Notes: generated by a model from the sequence alone, not told the origin. Numbered from the stretch's first letter, positions 11,725-23,469 are shown. The stretch: DNA of 64,000 nucleotides from an uncultured candidate division Zixibacteria bacterium (GCA_963817915.1 CAWFQL010000017.1:160001-224000), one strand, 5' to 3'. Program-made: numbers and translations.

Positions 11725-11862
11725 TTTTCACCTTTTTATTTTAGATAATATTATCCTATTCATACTGGCATAGACAATATATGGTATAGGCCCTAATTTG
11801 GTCAATCGCAATAAGCCAAAAACTGCCTCGTTTGATTCGGCATCATTGTGGACAATTTTGGG

Positions 11863-11906
11863 AAAATAAAAAATCGGGCCTTTTACGCAAAAGCCCGATC
11901 TTTTTT
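11863..11906 (-). terminator. Intrinsic terminator (possibly bidirectional)
   Basis: ATCGGGC...GCCCGAT stem flanked by A- and T-tracts, just downstream of the DUF1579 gene. Confidence 0.7.
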
Positions 11907-11923
11907 CTAATGTTGACAGTAAT

Positions 11924-12530
11924 CTATTTCCTGCGGGTATAGGTAACTTCCATCGATTTATATTCCTTGCCATCGGGTCCCGGTTGGTACATTTCCAGCA
12001 CATGCTGATCGGGGCTGACCATCTTCATTACCATCCTGTAGGGCTCATCCTTTTGTCCCTGTCATGATATTATCGAACTTTCCGCTGAAATTAAATGTCT
12101 TGCCGTCCTTGTCAGCAGTACCGGCGCTAGTCATCATAGATGTAGACATTTCGTCCATCCACAGGGAATTGTAGGTCTGCTTGAAATTATCATAACCCGT
12201 AATGCTAATGCCTTTCATCGGCATCTGGCCCATCATTCCATTGACATTCTCCATGACATATCGTCCGCCTAAAATCCAACTGGCGTCGCTGGTGCCTTTT
12301 GATTCAGTGGCCGGAGCTTTAGGATCCATCCAGGATTTGTAATTAAGATCCCAGCTGCCAATCAATGGCTCCAATAATTTATGATTTGCTCCGGGTGTGC
12401 CATATTTGGCAAATAAGGCCATCATCGCTTCTTCAGGCGTCTGCTTTTTTTCCTGCGCTAACACCGTGATTCCCATCAATATTACGGCGGCCAATAAAAA
12501 CGCCGTAATGATAAGGCTTTGCTTTTTCAT
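11924..12530 (-). CDS. DUF1579-family exported protein, split by +1 frameshift near 12058
   Basis: Signal peptide, PGANHKLL..L.GSW, LGGRY, GYDN, WMDEMST; corrected C-terminus ...MEVTYTRRK* ends at 11924. Confidence 0.8.
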
Positions 12531-13452
12531 TGTTCCTCCATTGAAATCTTGACCTGAGTTTGGTGTTATTTATTGGATATTTTCCTCTCGGAAATTGTGT
12601 TAAATTCCGATTAGTAATCTTGTTTTCTCTCAAAAACTGCATGAACATTTTGGTTGCCTCCTGGCTGCCGCGGATATTCGGGTGAGAGTCGTTATCGGAA
12701 CGGCGATACTCGGATCGAAGCGTATTATTGCCATCCGCGAGCAAATCATAGAAATCAAAGACAAATAAATTGTTTAGGCCGGTCTCTTGTTTGTATTTAG
12801 CAAGAAAATCGTTTTTCACCCAATTGTTGAATTGCCGTGCGCGTGCAGCATTTTCAGGCGTAGTTTGATTCGGTACCAATGGCGGCGCGGTCACATAGAT
12901 AAAAATCTTGTTTGGATTTTTCGAAAATTGAGTCTTTAAATTCTCGAAAACGGCTTTATAATTCCATAGGGTTTTTGTCAATTCAGTCGGATTGCCGGGA
13001 GGATTGCCATCTGCGGTTATATTGCTATTGGGGTAGCATGATTTGAACATGACGATATCATTTTCTTTTCCATCGCTGTACAAAATATCGGGATGATAGT
13101 CGAATTTTATGATTTTGCCAAAATCATTTGAGAATTTGACAGTCCAATCATTCAGATCGGTTTTTTCGCCGATATCATCGCCGTAAGTGATATGATGTAC
13201 ACCGATTCCATTGGCCATCAGGCTATCGGAAAGACTGCCCTCGCTTAGCCAGTTATTGCCCACCGAATGGTGAATGAAAACCAGCCTTTTACCAAAGACC
13301 TTATTATAGTCGATCCTCGATTGATCCAGGCTCTGCTTGATTTGATTCAATTGATAATTGCCTTTGCGATATTTATAAGCAAATACCAATCCCACGATAT
13401 TTCCTATAATTGATATTATCAAAATTATTACCAAAACCCTTGCCATAATCAT
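12433..13452 (-). CDS. Membrane-anchored hypothetical protein with SGNH-hydrolase-like motifs (true 3' end possibly near 12600)
   Basis: N-terminal TM, FIHHSVG, MFKSCYP, DSHPN; the ~100 nt overlap with the next gene suggests read-through from an error. Confidence 0.55.
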   Translation of the reverse strand: MIMARVLVIILIISIIGNIVGLVFAYKYRKGNYQLNQIKQSLDQSRIDYNKVFGKRLVFIHHSVGNNWLSEGSLSDSLMANGIGVHHITYGDDIGEKTDLNDWTVKFSNDFGKIIKFDYHPDILYSDGKENDIVMFKSCYPNSNITADGNPPGNPTELTKTLWNYKAVFENLKTQFSKNPNKIFIYVTAPPLVPNQTTPENAARARQFNNWVKNDFLAKYKQETGLNNLFVFDFYDLLADGNNTLRSEYRRSDNDSHPNIRGSQEATKMFMQFLRENKITNRNLTQFPRGKYPINNTKLRSRFQWRNNEKAKPYHYGVFIGRRNIDGNHGVSAGKKADA

Positions 13453-13784
13453 CCCTTTCTTGGTTACCCGAACCCTAAATTTTCATTTTAAACGATATCA
13501 ATATCACTATGGTTCCGAAATAAGCCCCGTAAAGAAAGCGGATAATAAGCAAAAAACAATATGCCGCCACAGCTTCCCAGAAACCATCCACTATTTAAAT
13601 GCAATTTTTTAATATAGACGTCAATAGAATTATTATTCTAATCCGAATTATATCAGTAAAGCCGATCAGCGATATCGCTCTAAATGCAATTTGTTGTGGC
13701 ATCTATCGTTATAAAATGATAAATTGCGCTGTCGATAAAATGATTGGCAGGGTTTCCAATCACAAATATTAAAGGAAGATCAAA

Positions 13785-15537
13785 TTGAATAATTCTCAAC
13801 CAGAAAATACGAAAAATCCGAATAGATAATGCTGTTAATGGCAAGGCAGAAATTGGCGCATCTACAACACCTTCGAATTTTATCCGTGCCATTATAGATG
13901 ACGATTTAAAAACCAATAAATATGAAGGCAGGGTCCAGACCCGTTTCCCCCCAGAGCCTAATGGCTATTTGCATATCGGACATGCCAAATCGATCTGCCT
14001 GAATTTCGGGCTCGCAAAAGAATATAATGGCCTCTGTAATCTCCGATTCGATGATACCAATCCCAGCAAGGAAGAGGTCGAATATGTCGATTCCATCATG
14101 GAGGATGTCCGCTGGCTAGGTTTTGATTGGCAAGACCGTCTATTTTATGCCTCCAATTATTTCGAAAAACTATATGACTATGCGGTGCAGCTTATCAAAT
14201 TGGGAAAGGCCTATGTATGCGACCTGAACGCCGATCAAATACGCGAATATCGCGGTACACTAACCGCGCCTGGCAAGAATAGTCCATATCGCGACCGTTC
14301 TATAGATGAGAATCTTGATCTATTCAAACGAATGAGAGACGGCGAATTTCCAGATGGTTCGCGCACACTCCGAGCAAAGATCGATATGGCCTCGCCGAAT
14401 CTAAATATGCGAGATCCGACTGTATATAGGATCAAACATGAATCTCATCATAGAACCGGTGACAAATGGTGTATTTATCCGATGTATGATTTCACACATT
14501 GTCTTTCGGATTCGCTCGAACATATCACACATTCGATTTGTACGCTGGAATTTGAAGATCATCGGCCATTGTATGACTGGTTCCTCAATGAGCTTCATGT
14601 CTATCATCCTCAGCAGATTGAATTTGCCCGTCTGAATCTCAATTATACTGTTATGAGCAAGCGAAAACTCCTGCAATTGGTGCAGGAGAAACTGGTCAAT
14701 GGATGGGATGATCCTCGTATGCCCACGATTTGCGGCTTGAGGAGGAGAGGATTCACGCCCGAATCGATACGGATATTCGCAGAACGAATCGGAGTTGCCA
14801 AACGAGATAGCATGGTGGATGTTGCCTTGCTTGAGCATTGCCTGAGAGAAGACCTCAACAAAAGAGCCCCGCGCGTGATGGCGGTTTTGCATCCCTTAAA
14901 AGTCATTATCGATAATTATCCCGAAGGCAAAATTGAAGAGCTCGATGCGATTAATAATCCGGAAGATCCGTCGATGGGCACGAGAAAAATTCCATTCGCG
15001 CGCGAAATCTATATCGAGCAGGATGATTTCCGCGAAACTCCGCCCAAGAAATTCTTCCGCCTGTCGCCCGGAAATGAAGTTCGATTAAAGCATGCATATA
15101 TTATAAAGTGTGAGAATGTGATAAAAGACCCTAAGACCGGCGAAATTCTTGAGTTACATTGCACTTATGACCCCGCAACTCGCAGCGGCGAATCGAATGA
15201 CGGTCGCAAGATCAAGGGCACATTGCATTGGGTAACCGCTGCACATTCATTGCCGGCGGAAGTACGAATCTATGAGAGTTTATTTACCAAGGAAGTCCCG
15301 GATGAGGATTCTGATTTTAAGGCTAATCTCAATCCCAATTCCCTTGAGATATTGAAGGATTGCCGGGTGGAATCAAGCCTCGCGACGGCGGCAAAGCTCG
15401 CACATTTTCAATTTTTGCGGAACGGATATTTTTGTATTGATTACGACTCCGCACCCGGTTCGCTGGTTTTCAATCGTACGGTCTCTCTAAAAGATACTTG
15501 GGCAAAATTGGAAATTCAGAATGCCAAAACGTCATAA
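13785..15537 (+). CDS. glnS: Glutamine--tRNA ligase, +1 frameshift near 13822 in the N-terminus
   Basis: [42 protein letters not shown] then TTG at 13785. Confidence 0.93.
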
Positions 15538-15639
15538 TCTTTTCAGGTATTATCCGGTAATCAGAAAATGATCACATATCGGCTTTAGAATCCCCTTTTT
15601 TCCCCAATCCTCATTGTGGTATGTATAGCATAAGATGAA

Positions 15640-16443
15640 TCAACCTACGATTTTATGTCCCTGGAGGTAGAGTATTTTCGGGAGATTAAGCAATATTTCA
15701 ACCCGATTATTTATTTTTGCAAGTCCCATTATGAATTCATTGGTTTCGCCTATTTCAACTAATTCGGTTTTGTCGATATTCTCATTGGCTATCTCGGCGA
15801 CCTCCGAGACCGAATCTACGATGAGGCCAGACAGGTGGTCGGAATCCTCAATTATCACGACGATTTCTCTGTATTCCCGTATCTGATTTATGGCTTGTTC
15901 GAATAAATCGATCATTTTGGCTAATTCATGTCCTTTGGTAATTTCAATGATCTTTATAGCGTTATCGCGATGTCCGGATTTCCTTAATTCGTCGACTTTG
16001 ACTGCGATCGAATGGATTTTCTTATGAGGCTCATCGAATCGTTCCAAAAGAATCCTCAAATAGACATTTTCAGTTTTGAAGCTGTCATACCATTTTCCAA
16101 ACGCACATTTGTGAGGATCAGTGGTAAGCTTAAATTCGCGATCCTCTTCAACTGAGGATAACAATTCCGTTAACCAATTGACATGATCTTGTCGACGTTG
16201 GTTTAACAGGTTCGCAAAATCATTGATTTCGTCGGTAATGCTTTTCATTCCCAAAAATAATCTTAGATCAGTCAATGGCACAATTCTATCACGCAGATTA
16301 ATGATTCCCCTTACGTACTCCGGAGAATCCGGAATAGTTGATACTTGGCCGAGCGGTGTCATTTCGCGAATATTTTTGGCTGGGATTCCAAAATGCTTTT
16401 GCTGAAGCTCGAATAATATCCAGCTATTTTCAATATCTGCCAT
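15640..16443 (-). CDS. cheW: CheW-family protein with an inserted CZB (chemoreceptor zinc-binding) domain
   Basis: CheW halves (GIINLRDRIVPLTDL / GLIVDSVSEV) flank HVNW...DPHKCAFGKWY...PHKKIH. Confidence 0.85.
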   Translation of the reverse strand: MADIENSWILFELQQKHFGIPAKNIREMTPLGQVSTIPDSPEYVRGIINLRDRIVPLTDLRLFLGMKSITDEINDFANLLNQRRQDHVNWLTELLSSVEEDREFKLTTDPHKCAFGKWYDSFKTENVYLRILLERFDEPHKKIHSIAVKVDELRKSGHRDNAIKIIEITKGHELAKMIDLFEQAINQIREYREIVVIIEDSDHLSGLIVDSVSEVAEIANENIDKTELVEIGETNEFIMGLAKINNRVEILLNLPKILYLQGHKIVG

Positions 16444-16825
16444 AAATCAGCCCCCTTCTTTATAGCAATTGTATTTGGATGAAGCGCCTGGTGATTTTTA
16501 ATGATACGAATTCTATCCTCAATTTCGTCAATATAATAGAATTTATTATTAATAGGTTTTGGCCTCAAAAACACCTGTTTCAATTGGATACATTTTATAA
16601 CAGTATTCGAATTTTCATCAAAAGTGTTATTGAGCAATCAGGTAGGGGAAATTCAAAGTATTGGTGATAATTTAAATCCTAATGCGATAAGGGGAAAATC
16701 GACAAATTCAGAATACTGATCCTGGTCTGTCGAGCCCCAAAACACTGTCTTTGTTATGGGCTATACGACGAAACTCCATATGGTTTTTGCTTGACTTGAA
16801 TATTGCTATCAATTTTATTTATCGA

Positions 16826-16906
16826 TTGAGCCTCTATGAGTAGGCGATGTGGCCGGCAGTAGCTTCTGACTTTGGTCAGGACAACTAATGGGGCTCAAAA
16901 CTGCCG
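16826..16906 (+). ncRNA. Candidate pseudoknotted leader RNA upstream of the bcr cluster (unassigned)
   Basis: 16826-34 pairs with 16890-98; 16854-60 pairs with 16900-06; internal hairpin 16864-81; TTGACT at 16791. Confidence 0.35.
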
Positions 16907-17087
16907 CAAGTGGGGAAAATAGTAATCTATAAAAGGTTAGCTTGGCAATAGTCAGATTTTTACATTCTAAACCCCCAATTACATTCGACGCAATGACTTA
17001 TCTCTGCGCGAGCAGGTTATTTATTAATGATGATTATGGTCAGCGTTGTATCGAGAATTCTACTTTGCCATGTATGGATCAAGAATA

Positions 17088-18258
17088 ATGGAACAGCAAG
17101 AATTTAAGAAGATTTTAACGTCTCTTCGAGCCCACTTTGACGATTTAAGCTTCGGGTATGTTAACCAATGGAAATCGCGGGATTCATCCCGGCGAGTAAT
17201 TGGATTTCTTCCTATTTATATCCCTCGTGAAATTATCCATGCCTCGGGTATGCTGCCCGTTGGCATATTTGGAGCCGGAGACCGAATCCCTGTAGTCAGA
17301 GGCGATGCCTTTTTCCAATCGTATATATGTCATCTTCCCCGTACTGTAGTTGAATTGGCGTTAAATGGCAATTTCAAGAATTTTGACGGATTTATATTCC
17401 CATCGATTTGCGATGTAATTCGCAATCTTTCCGGAATTTTCAGGCTGAAATTCGGCGATAAATATGTTCGCTATCTCGATTTTCCACAAAATTTCGATCC
17501 TGAAGTGGGAGGAGTATTTTATCGCAAAATATTGGATCAGCTTGTCGAGGATTTGCACGCTCTAAACGGTATCAAAATAACCAATGAATCACTAAATCAA
17601 TCTATAAAGCTTTTCAATCGTAATCGACAGTCTGGTGATGGAATTAGATAGTATCCGAGTAAATAAGCCTCAATTAATGAGCGCGGTTGATTTCTACCTG
17701 ATCAGACGGGCCGGGAATATCCTTTCGGTAGAAGATCATAACGACTTGCTGGAAAAAATACTGTCATTGCTCGGAGATTCATATTCGGAACCTGAAGACA
17801 AGATTCGGGTCGTAATTACAGGATCATTTTGCGAACAGCCTCCGATCGGCCTGATTAAAACTATCGAGAACGCCGGCTGCTATATAGTCGATGATGATTT
17901 TCAGCTTGGATTAACCTGGTTTTCAAAGGATTTGCCGGATAACACAAATAACCCATTGGATACTCTCGTCCAAAGCTTCTTGTCAAATATCACATTTTCA
18001 GCGACTATATTTGAATCAGAAAACAATCGAGGAGATATCCTGGCTAAACGGGTAATTGAGAGAAAGGCCGATGGCGTAATTTTCTGCGCGCCGAGCTTCT
18101 GCGATCCCGCGCTCCTCGATCGGCCGATACTCGAACGGTCCATGGACAAACATCATATAAAGCATACAAGCTTTCAATATCACGAAAATCTCGGTCAGTT
18201 TCATGTTATCAAGGAACAAGCGGGAACTTTCGCCGATATGATTAAGCTTTGGGAGTAG
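17088..18258 (+). CDS. bcrC: Benzoyl-CoA reductase subunit C, split by +1 frameshift near 17631
   Basis: GDAFFQSYICH, FPSICDVIRNLSG, GSFCEQPP, APSFCDPALL, EQAGTFAD.IKLW. Confidence 0.9.
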
Positions 18259-18260
18259 AT

Positions 18261-19566
18261 ATGGAAGTCCAAAAAGAAAGCAGCATGATCAAACAAAAGC
18301 AGATGCTTGCCGAGCATTTTTTGGAGCTTTCACAGGTGCAGAGAGACCGGGAAAAAAGTCGTGTATACGTTCGTGCCCGGGAATTTATCGGAGCTTATCT
18401 GTGTTTTCGATATGCTCCCGGTTTACCCGGAAATCAATTCTCTGCAATCCGGGATGCGGAAAAAATCCGAGGACTACATCCGCGAGGCTGAAGACATAGG
18501 CTATTCAGAAGATGTTTGCTCTTATGTCAAATGCGATATCGGCATGATGCTGCAGGGGAATATCGGACCTACCGGCCAGCAGCTTCCGCCGCCCGATATA
18601 CTATTATTGAGCTACACCGGCTGCTTTGTATTCATGAAATGGTTCGAGAATCTCAGGCATCTATATCCAAACACGGAAATAGTCATGCTCCATATACCGT
18701 ATCAGGAATCGGGGCATATCGAACAGTCGGCTGTGAAGTATATCACCGATCAACTGGAAAAGAATGTAATCCCGGTATTCGAAAAGGTCAGCGGCCAGAA
18801 ATTCGATATCGATAAGCTCGGTGCCAAATTGGATCTTTCGGCGAAGGCTGAGGATCTGCTTGTTGATATCTTCGATTCTGCAAAAAATAAGCCATCGCCG
18901 ATTGACGCTTATTTTGGCGGTGTTTACTATATCGGCCCGATCTTTACTGCATTTCGCGGCAATCAGGACTGTGTCGATTACTATCGCGAGCTCAAAAACG
19001 AGGTAGATTACAGGGTCGCCAATAAGCTCGGCCCAATTACTCCCGAGGGCCATATGGGGAATGAACGGTTCAGATTGGTAGTCGAGGGGCCGCCCAACTG
19101 GACTCATTTCCGGGATTTCTGGAAGATGTTTTACGATAGGGGCGCGGTATTTGTCGGTTCGAGCTATACCAGGGTCGGCGGAGTCTATGATGACGGTTTC
19201 CGTCATTCTTCAAAAGACCCGCTTGGCAGTCTGGCGAAATACTGTCTTGGATGCTACACTAATCGCAACCTGCCTCAAAGAATCGATTTACTCGAAAAAT
19301 ATATCAAACAATATCACGCCGACGGGTTCTTGGTCAATTCAATTAAGAGCTGCAATTCATTTTCCGCCGGTCAGTTGGTAATGATGAGGGATCTCGAGGA
19401 GCGGCTTGGCATACCGGTCGGATTTATCGAAACAGATTTGGTGGATCCCAGATATTATTCATTTTCTAATATTAAGAATCGGCTCGATTCGTTTTTCCAG
19501 ATGCTGGAACAGAGACAATCAATTCATGTTGGCGATGATTCATTATCGGATGATGTGCTGGCATAG
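18261..19566 (+). CDS. bcrB: Benzoyl-CoA reductase subunit B, split by +1 frameshift near 18336
   Basis: KESSMIKQK N-terminus, TFVPGNL, PEINSLQ, SEDVCSYVK, LSYTGC, KSCNSFSAGQ, ETDLVDPRY. Confidence 0.9.
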
Positions 19567-19616
19567 GTGTTTGATATTAATATGATTCATTTCAAAATAG
19601 AAATAGAAGGCTGATT

Positions 19617-20909
19617 TTGAAAGTCTATTTAGGAATTGATTTAGGTTCGACGACATCCAAAGCCGTTCTTGTCGATACGACCCAGAAAATAATCGGGCGC
19701 GGAATTACGAATACTCGTTCCGATTACACAGCTGCGGCCAAGATAGCGCAAGTAGAGGCCGAGTTTAATTCTCGTTTCACTCTGCTTGGAAGGAAATTAA
19801 AGGAAAATGCTGGTAATGGCTACAATTGGGATAATTTTCTTTCAAGCCTCGAAAATCGATTCCAATATCTCCAGTTCATAACTCGTTTCGATCAGCTGAC
19901 TGCAACTATGAAAGAGCAGGCGGCGAAAATCGATAAACCGCAAATACGGGAAAAGATTCTGGCGATCCTGCCTAAGGCGGCCAGCGATGTTCAGAATAAT
20001 GTCAAAGAGCTATTCTACAATGGCGGCGTTTCTACGACATCGCAATTTTTTAGGGATTTATTCAGCACATCATATATTAAGGCTATCGAAAATACCGAGG
20101 TAGGCTTATTCGACCAATTGGTAGCATTATATGATCGATGTATTACTCCGGTCGAAAATCATCAGGCCGATTGCGCCTTCGATGATCTTATTCAAAAAGC
20201 GCTAGAGCAAATGACAGGCGATTTTCGAAATTACATTGAAAAAGTAAAACCCTATTTAGATGAAATTATGTCAGTCGATCTTGAGCCGTCCGATTATATC
20301 GGCACCGGCTATGGACGACAGTTATTGCCATTCGAAGAAAAGCATATAAAATCGGAAATATTATGTCATGCCATGGGCGCGCATGCGGTTTTCCCAGGCA
20401 CCAGAACTGTCTTAGATATCGGCGGACAGGATACGAAAGCGATCCAGGTCGACCAATATGGCCTGGTCACAAGTTTTCAGATGAATGATCGCTGCGCCGC
20501 CGGCTGCGGACGATATCTGGGATACATCGCGGACGAAATGAGTATCAGTGTCGGCGAGCTCGGCGCGCTGGCCATAAATTCTACTCACGAGGCTAATATT
20601 TGCAGCACCTGCACCGTTTTTGCCGGAGCGGAACTGCGAGAATATCTGAATCTCGGCGAAAAGAAAGAAAATATTCTCGCCGGCTTGCATCGCGCGATAG
20701 TGCAGAGAGCTTTCGCGCTGGTCGCTCGATCTGGCGGAGTTCGAAATGAGTTCACCTTCACGGGTGGAGTGGCGAGGAACCCGGCCATAGTAAAATATGT
20801 CAGCAAGATGGTCGCCGAAAATTACGGCGATATTAAAATAAATTGCCATCCCGATTCAATTTTCATGGGCGCTCTTGGGGCTGCCCTTTTCGCCGCGAGG
20901 AGAGTATGA
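19617..20909 (+). CDS. bcrA: Benzoyl-CoA reductase subunit A (ASKHA ATPase)
   Basis: GIDLGSTTSK, long insert, GTGYGR, SEILCH, DIGGQDTK, MNDRCAAGCGR, STCTVFA. Confidence 0.92.
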   Translation: MKVYLGIDLGSTTSKAVLVDTTQKIIGRGITNTRSDYTAAAKIAQVEAEFNSRFTLLGRKLKENAGNGYNWDNFLSSLENRFQYLQFITRFDQLTATMKEQAAKIDKPQIREKILAILPKAASDVQNNVKELFYNGGVSTTSQFFRDLFSTSYIKAIENTEVGLFDQLVALYDRCITPVENHQADCAFDDLIQKALEQMTGDFRNYIEKVKPYLDEIMSVDLEPSDYIGTGYGRQLLPFEEKHIKSEILCHAMGAHAVFPGTRTVLDIGGQDTKAIQVDQYGLVTSFQMNDRCAAGCGRYLGYIADEMSISVGELGALAINSTHEANICSTCTVFAGAELREYLNLGEKKENILAGLHRAIVQRAFALVARSGGVRNEFTFTGGVARNPAIVKYVSKMVAENYGDIKINCHPDSIFMGALGAALFAARRV

Positions 20910-21736
20910 AAAAAGAAAACCTGACTCTCGGAATCGATGTTGGCAGCAGCTCCATCAAGATGGCGTTGGTGGAATATGGTGACAAGCCCAAAATTATCGA
21001 AATAGTAAATGAGCGCATCAGACGTCGAAACCCATCTCATGTAATTGAATCGAGGCTAGCACAGCTTCTGGGAAATTACGGGCTGGTTTACGAAGACCTG
21101 CTTTATGTGGCCTCGACTGGCGAAGGCGAACTCGTGCCAAGAAAACGTGGACATTTCTATAGCATGACGACCCATGCCATGGGAGCTTTTTATTATCATC
21201 CCGATGCTCGTACTGTCGTGGATTTGGGGGCGTTATTCTCGCGCGTAATTTCTCTCGATGGTTCGGCAAGAGTGCGCAGCTATTCGATGACTGGTCAATG
21301 CGCTTCTGGCTCCGGTCAATTTCTCGAAAATATTACTCGCTATCTCGGAGTCACAATTGACGAGGTCGGTACTCTGTCTTTAAAATCCACTAAGCCGGCT
21401 CGAACCAGCGGTATCTGCGCGGTTCTTGCGGAAACTGATGTCATCAATATGGTTTCCCAGGGAATTCCTACCGCTGATATTATTAAGGGAATTCATCTTT
21501 CAATAGCAGGGAGAATAGTTCAGCTTCTCAGCCGATTCAAGGCCGAATCCCCCGTGGTTCTAACAGGCGGGATGGCGCAGGATATCGGCCTGGTGGCGGC
21601 TCTTAAAGAATTAAGCGAAGAACGAAATCTGAAATTGGAAATACACGCGTCCAGCAATTGTGTGGCGGCCGGCGCAATTGGCGCCGCTCTCTGGGGCGGA
21701 TATAGGCACTTCAAGCTAATGGAGGCCAGGGCATGA
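20906..21736 (+). CDS. bcrD: Benzoyl-CoA reductase subunit D
   Basis: GIDVGS, ERIRRR, STGEG, GHFYSMTTHA, QCASGSGQFLENI, ICAVLAETDVIN; ATGA overlap with bcrA. Confidence 0.92.
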   Translation: MKKENLTLGIDVGSSSIKMALVEYGDKPKIIEIVNERIRRRNPSHVIESRLAQLLGNYGLVYEDLLYVASTGEGELVPRKRGHFYSMTTHAMGAFYYHPDARTVVDLGALFSRVISLDGSARVRSYSMTGQCASGSGQFLENITRYLGVTIDEVGTLSLKSTKPARTSGICAVLAETDVINMVSQGIPTADIIKGIHLSIAGRIVQLLSRFKAESPVVLTGGMAQDIGLVAALKELSEERNLKLEIHASSNCVAAGAIGAALWGGYRHFKLMEARA

Positions 21737-23469
21737 ATGATTCGAAAATCTGGAAGTCGGATAAATCGCTTCCGGAATATCCTCGAAATCTCGCAGTCAT
21801 GCTTAACAGTAATGTCGAAAGATTGGGCAATCGGCCGCTTTATCAAGAAGTAAAAAATGGCGAATTCAAGCCATTGACCTGGCCGGAATTTCAAAATGAA
21901 GTAATCAGTATTCAAAAATACCTTATAGGCGTGGGACTTAAAAAGGGCGACCGAGTTGCGATTTTATCGCCAAATCGCAGAGAGATGCTTGAGACCGAAT
22001 TAGCCATAATGTCGATGGGGGCGGTGGCCGTGCCGATCTTCGCCGGATATTCGCCTGATCAGGCTCAGATGCTTGTTGATTTTTGCGACCCTGCATTTGT
22101 TGTCGTGGCTGATAATAATCAATTCAAAAAAATCAAATTTCCTGAAAAATACGGTATCATAATTCACTTCGAAAATATCACCGGTAATCAGGCTAAAAAC
22201 CTGGTTCCATTTTCCGATCTGCTACAATCGCAGAATCAAAATGGGAAGATAGCCGGGGAAGAAATAGATTCCGATACCATCTGCCTGATGATGTACACAT
22301 CAGGCACGATGGGAAAGCCGAAATGTGTCCAATTGACGCATAGAAATATACTCTCCCAGCAGGCCGCCATGAAAATTCTCTGGAAGATAGATCATAATGA
22401 TAGACTGTTATCGTTCCTGCCATGGCATCACAGCTTCGGCGGCATATACGAAAAATATTCGGCGCTCTACAATGGAGCGCTTTTGTCGTTGGAGCACGGA
22501 TTCGGCAAAAATATCGATACGCTTATAGAAAATTGGAAGCGTGTCAAGCCGACAGCATTTTTCAGTGTGCCGCGAATTTATCAGCAAATTGTCACGCAAG
22601 TGATGAAAAATCCAGAACTCGAAAAAGAAATATTCCACGACAAGCTACGCTTCATCTTCACGGCGGCGGCTCCACTTCCCAAGAGCATCTCTGATGTCTT
22701 TGAAAAACGCGGCATTCCGGTTTACGAGGGCTGGGGCCTCACTGAGACATCCCCCTGCTGTACCGTCACCGACCCATCGGTGCCAAGAGAGGCTGGCGTA
22801 GTTGGAAAACCGATTCCCGGCGTTTCGATTGAGATTGCGAATGACGGCGAGATACTTGTCAAAGGTCCCAATGTCATGAAGGGGTATTTCCGTAATCCCG
22901 AAGCCACCAAAGCGGTTTTATTGGATGACGATTGGTTCGCAACAGGCGATGTCGGCGATTTTGCTGAAACCGGGCTGCGGCTTATTTCACGCAAGGATCG
23001 TATTTTCAAATTAAGCAATGCCGAAAAAGTTGTACCGACAGAAATTGAAAACCTTATAATCGAAAACTGCTGTTACTTATCACATGCTTATGTCACGGGT
23101 AGTGGCAAAGACTTTCCGGTGGTTTTGCTCTTTCCCAATAAAGCCATGTTTTCGCAAAAAATGGATGAATCTCGGATAACATTGAATTGCTCTTGCCCAG
23201 CAGATGTCAGGGATTTATCCCATTGCCTCGTAAATTGCCTGAGCAAATTGAATCATAAAATCGACGCTGGATATATGCGTCTGTCATCGGCGATGCTTAT
23301 TGACCACGAGCTTTCTATCGAACGAGAAGAACTCACCCCATCGATGAAGCTCGCTCCGAATGTTATCGCCAGAGCGTTTAAGGCTCATATCGAGAAACTA
23401 TACGGCAATGGCAACGGCGATGGCATTACTTCCGAAGAAGTCTATGTCCTCACTTTGGAGCAGCCATGA
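21733..23469 (+). CDS. AMP-forming acyl-CoA ligase (long-chain FACL-like subfamily)
   Basis: YTSGTMGKPK, YEGWGLTET, TGD, ELTPSMKL. Confidence 0.88.
   Translation: MNDSKIWKSDKSLPEYPRNLAVMLNSNVERLGNRPLYQEVKNGEFKPLTWPEFQNEVISIQKYLIGVGLKKGDRVAILSPNRREMLETELAIMSMGAVAVPIFAGYSPDQAQMLVDFCDPAFVVVADNNQFKKIKFPEKYGIIIHFENITGNQAKNLVPFSDLLQSQNQNGKIAGEEIDSDTICLMMYTSGTMGKPKCVQLTHRNILSQQAAMKILWKIDHNDRLLSFLPWHHSFGGIYEKYSALYNGALLSLEHGFGKNIDTLIENWKRVKPTAFFSVPRIYQQIVTQVMKNPELEKEIFHDKLRFIFTAAAPLPKSISDVFEKRGIPVYEGWGLTETSPCCTVTDPSVPREAGVVGKPIPGVSIEIANDGEILVKGPNVMKGYFRNPEATKAVLLDDDWFATGDVGDFAETGLRLISRKDRIFKLSNAEKVVPTEIENLIIENCCYLSHAYVTGSGKDFPVVLLFPNKAMFSQKMDESRITLNCSCPADVRDLSHCLVNCLSKLNHKIDAGYMRLSSAMLIDHELSIEREELTPSMKLAPNVIARAFKAHIEKLYGNGNGDGITSEEVYVLTLEQP

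Noticed and set aside
16874..16884. GGTCAGGACAA resembles a guanidine-III riboswitch segment
   Set aside because: The flanking ACGA/ACGG elements and compact pseudoknot are missing, and the downstream genes do not fit
17088..19566. bcrC/bcrB as pseudogenes or programmed frameshifts
   Set aside because: The same +1 pattern occurs in many unrelated genes, with no slippery motifs; sequencing error is simpler
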